This document shows, in pieces, positions 40,901-54,404 of a stretch of DNA of 64,000 bases. The stretch comes from Octopus sinensis (lineage: Eukaryota). Where the stretch lies: NCBI RefSeq assembly GCF_006345805.1, contig NC_042998.1, forward strand, positions 38,564,001 through 38,628,000. The letters run 5' to 3'. The notes under the pieces are model-generated. The model had not been told where the DNA came from. It searched no databases and saw only the letters and a list, made by a program, of their open reading frames with translations. Each line of letters opens with the position of its first letter. Position 1 is the stretch's first letter. The position numbers and the translations under genes were made by a program.

Positions 40901-43900
40901 AGATTAGTAGAAATATCAATGGCCTGACAGGATATTGGTGTGGAAGGTCAAATGAATTGAAGCATTATTTTACATGTTGAATGTGAACATAATGAGAATG
41001 TGCAGAAAGGACTTCTAAATTCTTGTTGAGTCAATCAGCTTTTTTGTTCATCAACTACATACGCCGGAGTTTGTTTTGAGTGAAATTTGGCTGCCATTTC
41101 TTGCAGGCTTTCTCATTGAATCAGTGGTAGTGGTGGGAGAGGGGCCTGTTATATACTAACGTTAACTCTATAAGTGCTAATTATTCCGTCATTTTGGGCT
41201 GGTAGCATTTCGGATAATTTATGCGACTTTAACAAGGAGGACGAAGATTCAGTTTTGTTTGCTTTTCTCTTGCTTTTTATTTATTCATTTATTGCATATC
41301 TTGTAAAAGTGGGTGATGGTAGCTGACTTATTCTATGTGTAAGAACTATTCTTCTTCTTTCAATATTCGAATGAGTAACATAGAAATGGCATGGGTTCCG
41401 TTGAACAGATTTCATGATGCAGCCGTGGAATGAGATGGCATAAGGAGCTTTAATTAGGAAGTTATAAGAAGATCCGACGAGGGCATAAAAGATTAACCAT
41501 ACAGTGAGAAAGTCTGAGAGAAAATCAATAATGTTTAGATTCAAAGACTAAAAAGAGTGTGTTTATCTGGAACAAGAATAAATTTAAAGGTTTTTTGGTT
41601 CAGCAAGTTTAATAAAACAAAGCAAACACTGCAGTCTGTGCTGCCACCTATTGTGTCAATATAGATGAAAGAAAGAGCGAAGAAAAATTGTGCTCATCAA
41701 AATCGTCAAGAGTGATTTCAGAAGCGAGATACACTTAGACAAATGTTAGTAACAATACAAGATAAATATTTTAGTAATTCGTGACGGATAGAGGAACATA
41801 AAAGAGTAAGTGGGAAGAATTTGATTGTCATCAAGATCTGAAGATAAATGTCGAGCAGAGTAGATTGCTCGGAGACGCTGGCAACAACTTCAGAAAAGAT
41901 TTGAGATTTGACAAAAGAGATATATTTTAGAGGAGGAGAATATGTATTTTCACTTAGTCGAAGGTAGCATTGGGAATTTTGTGCCTAGAATCAGGTGGTT
42001 TAGTCATTGTCCATAGATAAAAGGATTAAAAGGCTGAGAAAGTTTCAGATGAGGTTCATAGGCGCCCTTCCATATACGATGCGCATATTTTGAAATGTCA
42101 AAATTGCATTCATTCCATTGCACGACAATATAGCAGACGTTCTCTCTCTTTTTTTTTTATTTGAAGACCTTGTTGATTTATTTCAGTTCAGAAGAATGAA
42201 TGTTTTAAATGATCAATATTAAATAATAATTTCTGTTACTGCCACACCAATTAAAAAAAAAAATCATTTAGCTCTTTTCAAGTACTAATTATCTGTTTTA
42301 AGTCTTGGAGATGATACCACTCTTAAGAATAATTAAATATTATTTTGTTCAGTAATATTTTAAGTTAGCTTTACATTAATGCAAATGTCTACTTCTCGAA
42401 GAAGCAAAACAGTTACGTTATTATGGGATAAACAATCAGTCAAATCGAGGGTTTTAAAAAAATCGATATTGCTTTATCTTTTGGTTTAAAAATATGTTTA
42501 AGTACAATCATTAAACGCGTTTTAAAAACAAAATCAATAAATCAGTCCCACGGCACGTGCGTAAAACTCATATTTAAGAATCAAGTAAAATTGTGTCTTA
42601 AGTAACAAAATGGCGTTGAAGTATGAATAGAGAGCATTCTATAAGGTTCTTTGGCTCAGAGCACCGCATACAAAATACTACACACCACAGCGTCTCCAGT
42701 AAAGTTTTGGAATTTTAAATCGTGAGATGCAACACAATGAGTCGTATTATTCCAATATGAACAGTAATTTGCTGTTCCTAGCTCTTATTCTGAACGCTTC
42801 CGAATCGTTCTCTATGTGATAACTATTCCCATAATGGCAAATTGAGAAATAGTTTTAGGAAAAGGGAAAAACAAATGAATCGAATGAATTCAAAGCATGA
42901 CAGTGGCAGAACTTAGTGACATTCAATTCGATGTGCTTCTATCTATTAATTCTTATTAATTCGTTTTGAGAAATAACAAAGTATATTATATCGGGACAGC
43001 TATAAGCAGAGTGAATCTTTTCATATTTAAAATGAATGTCATTGAATTTAAATTCTGGCATCATAGTTTGCTTCGAACCAATTTCTACTACGTGTACATT
43101 AATATACGCCCTTATACCTGGAAAATAATATGCATTGTTATCTCCTAACATGTTGTTCAGGTGTCTTCTTTGATATTCCTGTTAAATTTACAAGTAAAAT
43201 TAAAACTTAAAACAGCGTAGAAATATAGCAATTGTTGACAGAGAAAATAATCGGAAGGAAAAAGTGTAGAGCGGTGGAGAGTAACTTAAGAAAAGTATGT
43301 CACAGACATCTCGGAAAATAGCAATATTTGGTCACTCATTTATTTTCGATCGATTAATGCATATACACTAAAGTACATTCAGACCGACTTCCATGAAAGC
43401 GCTCACGAACGCACACACACACACACACACACATGTATATATAAACTGTAACGAGCAATTAACTGACATAGAGGTCATCAACAGAAATTGGAAGTAAATG
43501 TAATTTCTTTGAAAACGAAATTTTTAAAGATTTCACTTTGCATTACGTTCGTTCTGTCAATGCAGTGCATTTCCTTGAAGACTAAATCCGATAATAGACA
43601 TGTCTTGTGAATTATTGTTTTCAGGTAGACGTCCGTTGTATAATTTAGACATTCATTTGCCTCGGTAGATACTTTGAATATAAACCATATAAAAAAACCC
43701 CCAAAAAACAGGTAATTTAGAATGATTGTTATCAAACAAACATCGGTCGATAAAACGTATTTTGAGATATTGTAAATGCAAGTTTTTCAACAAGCAAATA
43801 TATATATATGATGCACACGCACGAGCGTATATATATATATAATGTAGGAATGAATACACACACACATGTATGTACTAGCTTAAACGCCGTTCGATAGTGC

Positions 43901-45169
43901 GGCTTTTAAGCTAGCTCCTGTGGAGGTCTCTTCATTGGGCCTTGAGCCTAATAATGACACTTTATGCACTAAGTACATATTAAATTTTATTAAAGTTGAC
44001 CAATATTTTTCAAGCAATGAACAATTTTCGTCAAACCAATGATATAATATGGGGGACTTGGAACTTATTGCAAAGCTTCATGATAAGCAAAATTTTTTGT
44101 CTTCCCATTCGGAGGTCAGTACACTATCACTGTCTTTCACATCCCTTACTATCACCATTATGCTTCACCGCCTCCGTTACCACCACCACCACCATCATCA
44201 CCGTCGCCTCCGACTCTGTCACAACTATAGCTCATACTATTTCTATCACCCTATTACCATCTCAACTGTCAATCTACTACCCCTCCTCACCATCTCTAAG
44301 CCTACTATGACTCTCACCCCAGCAAGAGGAGTAGAAGTGTCATTGAATAGTGAGAGAGGGAGTCAAAGTGTGACACACTGACACCCGTTTTGGCATTTAT
44401 CATTATAAATACATACATGTATACGTGCGCGCGCGCAAATTATATTTATGTCCTACCATCTCGTAATAAGTTTTCTGCAGCGTATTTGATCTTACACAGT
44501 TTTGCCTCTTCTGGGCAGCTGATTTCCGTGCGTTTGAGACTTTCATCAAATGTCCGTCGTTTCGTGCTGTAAGGCCGTCTGTTTTCCCTGTTTTCCTTCT
44601 ATGTCATTGACATTGCAATCTTTGCTTGTCAAGGGAACGAAATTAGGACCTGCCACGCGAAACCTACGCAGCGTCGTCATGTATTAGAATGGATGAGATT
44701 TGATTGTAAGAAAGATTTCTTCGTTTAAAATTGTATCTTACCAGGTGAATTGGAATATCTTCCGTTGTTATCGTTGGGAGAATATGTCCAGCTTCTTGGC
44801 AACCCACACAAATATTTCAAATATTCCACTGTGATGCAGAAATGTTCACAGAGCTATTGCATAACATGGCCAGAAATTCACGTCACGGTTGTTTGTTGTT
44901 GCTCTGCTTTGGAACGTTCGCTAGAACACAGCCCCTCCTCTGCCAATAATGTTGCTCACATAACTTTCTATGCTTTTATCACCAGCCAAGAAACGGATAT
45001 TGTCCACGTCTCATACTTTCACACACACACACACACACCACACACACACTTCCCCGCGTACATGCACACACACACACACACACACACTTCCCCGCATACA
45101 TGCACACACACATACACATATCTGTGTGTGTATATATATTTATATGTAGAGAATTCACGAAAAAACAAA

Positions 45170-46000
45170 AGACGAAGACAGGTGGTGTAGAAAACAAACA
45201 GATGTATTAGTATAACGCTGAGGAATAGAAAAAAGTCTTTTACGTTTCGAGCCAACGCTCTTCTACAGAAAGGGACACAGAAAAAAACAAGGAGAGAAAA
45301 GAAGGAGTGTAGTGGCTACCGATCTATCATGGCGACTGCCGGACGGAAGGATCACACACGAGAGTGAAGAAGTAGGGGAGATAACAAAGTAAAGGTGATC
45401 CCCAAATTGAAGGTGCGCGAGTGTGTAACAGAGTACGTATGTGCGTGTAAAAGAGGGCTGGTGGTCTTGATGTGCGTGTGTGTATGTGTAGATGGGAATT
45501 GGTCAGTGCTGGTGTGTGGGTGGTGTGTCGTGATGTGATGTGTTGTGTGATATGGTGTAGTGTGGTGTGGTGTAGTGTGATGTTGTGAGGTGGGGGAGGC
45601 GAGAGTGGGGAAAGCACGGGTGGGATGTGGGTTAGGCTGAGGGTTGGAGTAGATTTGGGGTATGTGGATAGGCAGATGGTGGGGTAGAAGTTGGGTGTAA
45701 AGGTGAGGGTGTAAGGGGTGGGATGGGAAGGATAGGGAATGTGGAGTAGGAATGTGTAGGGGTGGGGTAGGCTTATTGGGGAAGGTTGACGATGAAGGAG
45801 AAGGTGGGTATGAGAGAAAGAGAGTAAGAGAGAAGAGAGTAAAAGAGAGTTAGAGAGAAAGAGAGTAGGGGTGAAGAAATGTAGGAGTGAAGAGAAGTAG
45901 GAGTTGGAGCAAGAGAGGAGAGGTGGGTGGGAGGGGGAGAGAGGCAAGGGGTGGAGAGTTGAGCCCATATGGCATAAAGGACCAAGAGAGAAGATTAATC
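45170..46000 (-). mobile_element. Penelope-like element 3' end: GIY-YIG C-terminus, long C/A/T-rich UTR and hammerhead-like motif
   Basis: The minus strand begins LIFSL/SFMPYGLNS (ending in PxGLN). A low-complexity UTR follows, then CTTT-CTGTAGA-AGAGC-gttg-GCTC-GAAA-CGTA-AAAG at 45237-45272. Confidence 0.75.
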
Positions 46001-46139
46001 CCTGTTTATATGTATGTATATATACTTATTCATGAATATATGTGCATATATCTGTATATTTATATATGTATATATGTATACATACATGTGTGTGCGTGTG
46101 TATATGTTCTAATTCTTAGATATTAAAAATATCTAAGAA

Positions 46140-46560
46140 AAGTGATATTTCAAACAATCAATGACTGTGATTGGAATATCTATTGCAGTCCAGACGCATT
46201 CGTATCTGTCTCCTCTCCTATCTTTTCTCTTATCAAAGAATCTTCGAGCGTTCGCTACCTTACCACGTCTGAGCCTAATGGCCCTCCCTGTTTTTATTCG
46301 TTTGGTTTGGTTTGTTGTATGTCCTGTATTTGTTACCAACTTCGACCCTCTGCAAATCCCAAATTTTATTTTGGTTCGCGGGAGCAACTACTTTCAAAGT
46401 CTTATCTTGTCGTTCATTACTGTAAATAACGAGGACAGCCGACAACTGATGAAGGGTCGTGTTTTATGTTATTCCTCTTGTTCTCTATTGTTTCTCTCGT
46501 TCTTTGCGTACCCAACGTTATTTTCGTATTTCGTGATGATTACGTTTTGTGACGTCATGT
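46140..46560 (+). repeat. pLTR-like repeat with a structured CTGATGA-containing domain
   Basis: Helices CGACCCT/AGGGTCG and TTGTCG/CGACAA flank CTGATGA. The layout parallels 59050-59458. Confidence 0.5.
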
Positions 46561-46619
46561 ACCCATATATGCATACCTATATACATACATATGTATGTAT
46601 GTGCATATGTGTGTATATA

Positions 46620-46671
<52 letters not shown>

Positions 46672-46716
46672 TTACTAAGTCTCTCTAAAGGAGATTACGG
46701 CAGCGTTACTGGAAAT

Positions 46717-47009
46717 TAATAGTTATCGCCATACTAATATGGCAGTCTTATAAATATAAGACTAAAGCTGTCGCTGATTAGCTCCAAGAGGCCACCGCCT
46801 CAAGCTAGCTATTTGACACACCACCTGCGTCCATTACAGCTGTCTGACTAGCAGGATGAAGCGGCTGACCTCCCCTCTTCGAAGGTTTGTAATGGACGCA
46901 GGTTGTGTGTCAAATAGCTAGCTTGAGGCGGTGGCCTCTTGGAGCTAATCAGCGACAGCTTTAGTCTTATATTTATAAGACTGCCATATTAGTATGGCGA
47001 TAACTATTA
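46717..47009. repeat. Near-perfect 122-bp inverted repeat with 49-bp spacer, embedded in (TA)n
   Basis: Arms at 46717-46838 and 46888-47009; I see one mismatch. Confidence 0.95.
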
Positions 47010-49299
47010 TATATATATATATATATAATACAGTGGTTTGGACTTCTTTATTACCCTGATATTATTAATTATATGTGTGTGTGTGTGTGTGTGTGTGTTT
47101 GTGTATGTATATCAATGGCCATATATATCGAGGCGGCGTAGCAATTTTTCAGCCCAGTTTCATTCACGCCCGCTAAAAATAAATGAAATGCATCTTTTAA
47201 GTACATTGTCGATCACGTTCTTACCTACAGCGTGAAGTTGTCTCAGCCGCTGACTTTCACAGCTTGGCAATTGTTTTTCTCAATAATTTTAGCCAGATTT
47301 AATAACGGTCAATATTCTAAATATGGTATAAGTTTTCAACCATTATATCGGATGATAATCATAATCTTCTGTTTCCTCTCTAAAAGTTTATGATGTTTTA
47401 CAACATACTATCCATGAATAACTAACAATTGCTCCCGTGCTTTCAAGTTTATATTTACTAAAATGTAGTTTGCAGACTTAGAAATTAGTCTGGTGTTTCG
47501 CCAATCCTTTTTTCTAGGTTTGAATCGTTCCAGAATTTTACCAATTCGCTTTTTCTAAACGATTCGAAAATCTGTACGATCACATGGAAGACAATGTCCT
47601 ACAAAGCTAATTCTGGATAGATACAAGATGGATCAATATACCATCCGAGTGTAGAACCATAGCAGTATAATATCGAAATGGTGTAATTCAAGTTTGGAGT
47701 TATCTGCTCTTAACATTACTTGAAAAATATAAAAAAAGCACAGAGTGAAAGATTTCGGGAATAAGAAGTGAGGGAACAGTGAATAGTGTTAGAGAGGCGG
47801 GTAGTGTTTCATTGTACATAACATTGTGTAAAATAAGATATGGATAAATAAATGAAGACTGACTGGGAAACATATTAACGAAAAATAGCAGAATGTGAAC
47901 TTTGAAATAATATAGTGAAGATTGCGAAAATGTTGTTGAAGGATGACTGGGTTTACTGAAAGAGTATATTTCAGAATCCGAAACGTGTGCGGCATAGATA
48001 TGATAGAAAAAGAGAAAATTTGAATAGTGAAGTCATTTGAAAGACATGGATAAACACACAGGTATAAAATATAGGGTTAAAGTAGGAGAAGTGAGAAAGA
48101 AAGAATAGGAAAGAAAAAAGGCGGAAATAACGAATAAAGATATTGCATATATTGTAAAAAAACATAGGCAAAGAAAACATGCCAGTGTGATGAACAACAG
48201 AAATATAAAAAGAAAATGCGATGTAGGAAAGAAAAGAACCGTGTGTAGCGGATTTGTAAAATGTGAGGAAAACAAGCAGAAAGAAAATGAAAATAAAGAA
48301 AAAGTAAAATGAAACGCTGGAAGAATATGAGAATAGTTGTAAAAAAAAATGCATAAAATTTGAAGTGTTTTCACAAAAGAGAGGAAGAGGGGAAAGAGAA
48401 ATAAAGAGAGAGGAAAAGAGAAATGGAAAAGACATGAAGAAAAGGAGGTGGAGGGGGATGCAGAAGAAGAGATAAAATAAAACTGAAGAACGTGAAGGAA
48501 TTGGAAGAAATATAAATCTTACCTTCAATTACTATAATCATACCTTTCGTTACAACATATATTTTCCATTCAGACACACATAACTTCTTATATACGTGTG
48601 TATGGGTGGATATAAGTACACAGATATACATATGCTTCAATCTATATATACATATATGTGTGTGTGTGTGCGTGTATCTATGTTTGTATACCTCAATCAT
48701 AGAAATATAGAGAAGTATCTCCATGTTTTTAATAATTGAAAATACAAAATGTATTTTTGTAATGTTTTACTTTATAATTTCGCTTACTTTTTAATTCATT
48801 TTTCGCGTCATTTTTAACTTATCTGTATTTTCTGAATTTCCCATCGTTTATATGAATGTGATACGTTGTTGCACAGCAAGCCTTTAACCTATTCATTGCG
48901 AGAGGTGGTGGACATACAGACCAACTTTCCAATTTAAATATGTAGAACGACGTGAGTTGTTTCGGATGTGTATGCACAGAGTTGAGTATAAGATTGAAAG
49001 CTTCCATCACTAGAACATAAAGTAACGTTGAAACTCCTCACAAAACATTGTCCGAAAAATATCTTGAAACAATAAAGTTTGGACAATTTTGTCATGGATT
49101 TGAAAGTCTGTTTCATGTTGAGGATTGACGATGGGGCTGACATAGCGTTAATGAATCAAGAAATTTAAGAACGTTAATATTCTAAACAGAACATAAATGA
49201 TTAATTGTGCAAGGAGTAGAAAAATTTGAAAATTGTTCAGAAGACGGAACTCGATCATAATCTTGTCTTTGATATCTATCAAAGACACATTGGATAAGT

Positions 49300-49327
49300 G
49301 TCTTACACCATAGCCTCGGGCCGCCCA

Positions 49328-49358
<31 letters not shown>

Positions 49359-49562
49359 GGCGCCTTTGTGTCTGTGTTTGGCCTCCAACATCGATTGACA
49401 ACTAGGGTTCGTGTGGTTGCCACCCTGTAAGTTAATAGTTTGGCAAAAAGAACCGCTAGAATAAGTTGAAGGTTTTTGAAAAAATAAGTACTGAGGCCGA
49501 TTCGTTCAATTTATATTCTTCGAGCGGTGTCCCAACATGACGGAAACAAGCAAATGGTAAAA
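49300..49562 (+). mobile_element. SINE family A, diverged 3' part
   Basis: tgtgtctgtgtttg..caacatcgattgacaac..tggcaaaaagaaccgctagaataag. Confidence 0.65.
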
Positions 49563-49719
49563 TATAAACACTATACGCTGGCCACAATGGCTATGGTTTG
49601 CAAAAATAGGTATAATTTGTCCAGTGTATATTAACATAGCCTTAAATTTAAATGAAAAAGTCGAACTAATGAGAAACATTCTGATGCTACACCCAATATA
49701 CATGAAATTTATACATGTG

Positions 49720-50060
49720 AAAAACGAAGGTAGTATTCCCAGTTGGATGTGCAACATCAGGGCACATGTATGGCAAAGTGCAAATATATTGAGAAAAATG
49801 TTGGATATAAGGGGAATCAAATGCAGCGTGCAAGAGAGGAAACTACGTTGGTTTGGAAATGTGATACATATGAATGAAGACAGCTGTATAAAGAAGTGCT
49901 AGTCACTGAGAGTGGATGATGTCCGTGGAAGGGGGAGACCCAAGAATACATGGGGTGAAGTGTTAAGGCCGATCCCAGGAAGTTGGCCCTCACGGAGGAT
50001 ATGACAATAGACCGAGATGTCTGGCGATATGAAGTTCTTGAAAAATCCCATCTACACCAG
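49720..50060 (+). mobile_element. RTE-clade LINE 3' coding end
   Basis: WMCNI...VQERKLRWFGNVIHMNEDSCIKKC, then RGRGRPKNTW. Confidence 0.82.
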
Positions 50061-50609
50061 CGGAACTGAGTTCCAGAAGCGCTGTGTGATCCTCCCACAC
50101 TTAACAAGAAAACTTCTCACACACTCAACCACAACAAAACAAACTACATCTCTACATTTCTCTTCCTTACATTTCTACTTCATGTATTATGATTATCTCT
50201 CACTCCCCAATCCTGTCCTCTTAGCCCTATGCCACTGTATTATTGCTCTTCGCTTGCCCGTGACCTGTGCCTTCTATCCACATGCCTTGGCTCATTCACT
50301 CTATTATTGCTATCTGCTAGCCCATGACCTGGGTGTTCCACTCACACGTAACAAGAAAACTTTTCCCTCACCCTGCCCCAACAAACCAATCTACATCTCT
50401 TCACTTTTTCGCATTTCTTCCTTCATTCACTATGCTCAACTCTCACTCCTGTCCTCACACCCCTGTTCCTCAGTATCACTGCTATCCAGTAGCCCCTCCA
50501 ACTCTCTATATACCCAGGCCTTTCGCCACTTACTCGCACTTTTTAATCACACTCCCTTCGCAATATCCTGCCATTTACATTATGGCATTTGAACCTCAAG
50601 GGTTTAAAT

Positions 50610-50768
50610 GAGTGGTTGGTGTTAGGAAAGGAATCCAGCTGTAAAAATCATGTCAAAACGGGCACATAAGTCTGGTGCAGGCTTTGGCTTGGTCGGTTCT
50701 TGTGGTACCATTCCACCCATGCTAGTAGCATGGAAGACGTGCGTTAAACGATGATGATGATGATGATT
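50610..50768 (+). mobile_element. Retroposon 3' tail ending in (GAT)n
   Basis: gttggtgttaggaaaggaatccagctgtaaaa...agcatggaagacgtgcgttaaacgatgatgat. Confidence 0.55.
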
Positions 50769-50974
50769 GTTGACGCATTTAATAATGTAACAAACTCGCT
50801 CAACACCAGTCTCTAGGATCTGGGTTTCACAAATCCACAATGTTCTCGGCTAATCTGAAAACTACGATTACATATTAGTAATAACACTGTAACAATGTTT
50901 AAAGCGTTTCAGAAAGTTAGTCTCCGTTCTCTACTAATACACATTTTTATACATGCAAACATAGGCATATTTCT

Positions 50975-51415
50975 ATTTTTTATTTTACTTGTTTCAGTCA
51001 TTAGACTACGGCCATGCTGGGACACCACCTTGAAAAAGTTTAGTTGAATGGATCGACCGAAAAACTATTTGTATTTTAAGCCTAGTACTTATTCTATCTC
51101 TTTTACCGAACCTCTAAATTATGGGGGCGTAAACCCACCAACACCGGTTGTAAAGCAGTGTGTGGTACAAAAACAGACTCAAAGAACACACACACATAAC
51201 ATATATATATAAATCCCCAACACACACACACACACACACACGCGCGCGCGCGCAAGCGACGGGCTACTTTCAGTTTCCGTCTACGAAATCCACTCACAAT
51301 GCTTTGGTCAGCCAGAGGCTATAGTAGAAGACACTTGCCTAAGGTGCCACGCAGTGGGACTGAACCTGGAACCATGTGGTTGGGAAGCAAACTTCCTACC
51401 ACAAATCCACGCCTA
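50975..51415 (-). mobile_element. SINE family A, full length
   Basis: Reverse complement of family A, tail to head. Confidence 0.88.
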
Positions 51416-51618
51416 CATGTATACATTCATAAGATAAGACACACATTTTCAAATGCACACAAAGCTTTACTAAACTTGAGGCTATGGTAGAAGGCAGTTG
51501 CCAAGCATGGCATGCAGTGGCATGGAATCTGGAGCATCATTATGGTGCAGCGATATTGTTTATTCTGACGTAATTATGATATATTGGTATATAATTATGT
51601 TTGTATACATACACACAT

Positions 51619-51667
<49 letters not shown>

Positions 51668-52018
51668 AGCTGGATAGATAGAAAAGCAAAACTCTACATG
51701 CATTTCTGAATGTGCAAAAGTCTTCATGCAGAAGTCTTTCTGCAGTACAATCCATATTTACAGGTTTTCATATAAAATATATATTTAATCATAAACATTT
51801 AATTTAATGAAATAATTAATTGATACTGAGGCGCAAACATTATAATTAAATGGAAGAAGTAAAATCTAATGTTTGCCGACTCTTGTTTATTGATTCAGGA
51901 AAATGAAATATTACCGCGGAGTCAAGATAAACACTAAGAATGAATTTAGTGCAGATATTGTTCGCTATATTCCTTTGTTGCTTATTCATAAAATAAGCAA
52001 CACAATTTGAAAGTTCCA

Positions 52019-52099
52019 TATATATATATATATAATCCAATACACAATAGATATTATAATAGATATGTGTACACACACATCCATGTGTGTGTATGTATG

Positions 52100-52140
<41 letters not shown>

Positions 52141-52324
52141 ATGTATATATATATATATATGTGGTGTATGTATTATATATATATATATATATATGTGTGT
52201 ATGATATATATATATATATATATGTGTGTATGTATATATATATATATATATATATTGTGTGTGTATGTATATATATATATATATGTGTGTGTATGTATAT
52301 ATATATATATATATGTGTGGTATG

Positions 52325-52362
<38 letters not shown>

Positions 52363-52377
52363 ATGTATATATATATA

Positions 52378-52410
<33 letters not shown>

Positions 52411-52603
52411 GTGTATGTATATATATATATGTGTGTGTATGTATATATATATATATGTGTGTATGTATATATATATATGTGTGTATGTATATATATATAT
52501 GTGTGTTGTATGTATATATATATGTGGTATGTATATATTATATATATGTGTGTGTATGTATATAATATGTGTGTATGTATATATATATATGTGTGTATGT
52601 ATG

Positions 52604-52649
<46 letters not shown>

Positions 52650-53125
52650 AGTATTATTATATATATATATATTATTATATATGTGTGTGTGTATGTATAT
52701 ATATATATATATGTGTGGTATGTATATATATATATTATGTGTGTATGTATTATATATATATATGTGTGTATGTATATATATAATATGTGTGTATGTATAA
52801 TATATATATAATAATATATATATATATATATATATAGTGTGTATGTATATATATATGGTGTGTATGTATTATATATGGTGTGTATGTATATATATATATG
52901 TGTGTATGTATATAATATATATGTGTGTATGTATATATATATATATCATGTGTGTATGTATATATATAATATATATGTGTGTTATGTATATATATGTGTG
53001 TAGTATATATATATATATATATGTGTGTATGTTATATATATATATATGTGGTGTATATATATATGTGTGTATGTATATATATTATATATAGGTGTGTGTG
53101 TGTGTATGTATATATATATATACGC
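52019..53125. repeat. About 1.1-kb compound (TA)n/(TG)n satellite
   Basis: Variable units of (TA)n-TGTGTGTATG. All ORFs here are Y/I/V/C/M repeats. Confidence 0.95.
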
Positions 53126-53293
53126 ATACATACATAAATGCATTACAAAATATACTTCCTTTCACCAATATTCTGAAAGTATGAAATTATATTATCAGTA
53201 ACTACCTACCCATGATCAGGGTTAGTGGAACCGGTCAACCATGTAAATATTTTATTTCATGTGTGTATATGCATGTATAAAACATATAAACAT

Positions 53294-53330
<37 letters not shown>

Positions 53331-53477
53331 AAAACTATGGAAATATTTTAAAAAAGCATTTAATTTAATTCTTCCACAAGTTAATTGCTTTTCATGCTTT
53401 ACTCTAAGTTGATGATAAAATTATTTTAGCATTTTCTACCTTGTCCTAGTTTCCTTTATATGTATGCATGTGTTGTG

Positions 53478-53525
<48 letters not shown>

Positions 53526-54049
53526 GTATAAGGAAAGGAAAAATTGTAGGTGTAGACGAACTTTGATTCATAATTCAAGTTGGTACAGAACTAATAGACA
53601 CCGCATATAGGTGGTGCTCCAGCATAGCCGCTGTCAAATGACTGAAACAAGTAAAAGAATATATCTAAATTTAGAGAATGGAGTAGATAAAATCCAGGCT
53701 ACATAAGATTCATAGGTAGCAGAACCTCGAAAGTAGTAATTGCCCAAACGAGGGGTTGTGCGCTAGCTGCTCGCCAGGTCTATGATACCTTAGTTAAATG
53801 GAGGCTACATTATCAAGGGATTCGATGTTAACTTGCAGGCGATTTGATCGACAATGCGTAGAAAGCACAGAGTTAGAGAAGAAAGGGGAAACATATTTGC
53901 GAAGAAATAATATATGAGAGTGGGGCTTAATGCCTAAATTTGTTAAGGAAAAGAATATGAAGATGAATAAAAGAGAAGGAAGAGAAAAAATATGGTATCA
54001 TTGAAGCTGGTTAGGGGAGTGTCTTTGTGAATTTAGGCTGGGGCCATAT

Positions 54050-54230
54050 ACTGGTGCTTCATTTTACGTCGCTCCAGTCCACTCAGCCGGAAATGGGTTA
54101 CACTGCAACGGAGCAACCTTATGATTAGAGAGAACGCTGGCCTGCTAACCTGGGCCAGAGTTGTGACCAGTGATTCAAACGCTAACGAACGATGCAAAGC
54201 ACATTGTGCTGGTCTGGTCGGTCACGTGAT
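54050..54230 (+). mobile_element. SINE family C, 5'-truncated
   Basis: cttcattttacgtcgctccagtccactcagc...ggtctggtcggtcacgtga, followed by (TA)n. Confidence 0.65.
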
Positions 54231-54232
54231 AC

Positions 54233-54280
<48 letters not shown>

Positions 54281-54404
54281 CAAGAGAAGGGATATGAATA
54301 TCCAAGCAGATAACGCGTTACTCTATGTAAAATGTCAATGCCGGTTTCTTTCGGTGCTCCGTTTTAAAGTATATTTCCTAAAAACTGCCATCAGATTTTA
54401 AGAT

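Noticed and set aside
41636-41655. GCTGCCACCTATTG CTCF-like word
   Set aside because: Partial match only, with no supporting context.
45327-45968. 213-aa Pro/Leu/His/Thr-rich ORF
   Set aside because: It is the low-complexity 3' UTR of a Penelope-like element.
47971-48528. 185-aa Phe-rich ORF resembling a membrane protein
   Set aside because: It is the antisense reading of an A/G-rich low-complexity tract, with no domain motif.
50017-50592. 191-aa ORF after the RTE fragment
   Set aside because: Pyrimidine-rich UTR-like sequence, out of frame with the RTE motifs.
52007-53091. Long overlapping ORFs of 140-237 aa
   Set aside because: These are translations of (TA)/(TG) repeats that lack stops by composition; the scattered indels may be sequencing noise.
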